A stretch of DNA of 63,466 bases, filler included, from Octopus bimaculoides (Eukaryota): NCBI RefSeq assembly GCF_001194135.2. It is 6 parts of 6 records of this genome, joined end to end, with 100 filler letters (N's around TTAATTAATTAA, not from the genome) between each part and the next. Parts side by side here need not be neighbours in the genome. Positions count along the whole stretch, not along the records: positions 54,971 to 63,466 come from NC_069005.1; 5 more parts are not named here. One strand, 5' to 3'. The notes under the pieces are model-generated. The model saw only the letters and a program-made list of their open reading frames with translations, had not been told where the DNA came from and ran no database searches. Of the stretch, positions 62,781 through 63,466 are shown piece after piece. The position numbers and the translations under genes were made by a program. The stretch's first letter is position 1, and each line of letters starts with the position of its first letter.

Positions 62781-63466
62781 TATGCGTGCAAATTTTATGC
62801 GTACATACGCAGATAAATACGTATATATATATATATGTATATTTATACACATAGAAGTGTATACACATACGTTCATACATACGTACACACATACGTTTAT
62901 GCATCACACGTACGTGCATACACACACGCACACACACGTACACACACACACACGTACACACACAGTCTGCCGCTCGTGCACGCACGCATACACACTGCCG
63001 CAGTGATCCCAAGTCCAAGAACCTCTTTCAATGGACTTAACAATGAAAGACCGGGAAATGATCTTTTAATACTATGACATGAAAAGATTAAAACGTTTCG
63101 GATTAAACTCATCCACCACTTAATCTTAATATATACACATAAATACATAGAAAGATAAAGAATAAAAAATAACCATGTTTCATCTTCTTTGCTTCCCCCC
63201 CCTTTTTTTGTCTCTGTTTTACGTGAATTTGGAGAAAACTGTGAACTGCGGATATGTTTGTTCCGGATTCCAGTCTGCATGGTTTTCATGCTCGTTTTTT
63301 GTTGTTGTTGTTGTTGTTGTAATTGTTGTTTTAGTTTTTGGTGTTGTTGTTGTTGTTGTTGTTTCTAGTATTAATGTTTATTTAACCACCGCCCCTGGTC
63401 AGGTTGGGTACAAAAAAAACAAAACAAAACAATAAACAACGTAGCCTCGTGCCAAAAGCTTCCTAC

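Overview
AT-rich eukaryotic genomic DNA from a gapped draft scaffold, dominated by microsatellites and decayed transposable elements. The SINE families, the (TTAGGG)n repeat and the microsatellite density point to a cephalopod, most likely Octopus (inferred from pattern recognition, not a database search). Only one convincing protein-coding gene is present: an intact single-exon class A GPCR ORF on the minus strand (58168-59265, 365 aa). Nearly all other ORFs in the track are microsatellite, N-gap or antisense artefacts. Mobile content includes four tRNA-type SINE families, restriction-like-endonuclease (R4/Dong-like and a second family) LINE 3' ends, several Penelope-like (PLE) fragments, an RTE LINE 3' end, an L1/Tx1-like ORF1 relic, a Tc1/mariner (maT-like) transposase relic, a Tigger-like MITE and two long-TIR MITE families. 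Most notable observations: (1) a ~315-bp telomeric tract inserted inside a SINE with a flanking ~25-bp duplication; (2) an RTE LINE ending in three tandem C2H2 fingers; (3) four minimal hammerhead-ribozyme-like motifs near PLE debris; (4) retroelements stacked in TAA/TGA microsatellites; (5) a degenerate TTATCA minisatellite downstream of the GPCR. I found no clear evidence of a wholly new multi-gene system. TE boundaries are approximate.
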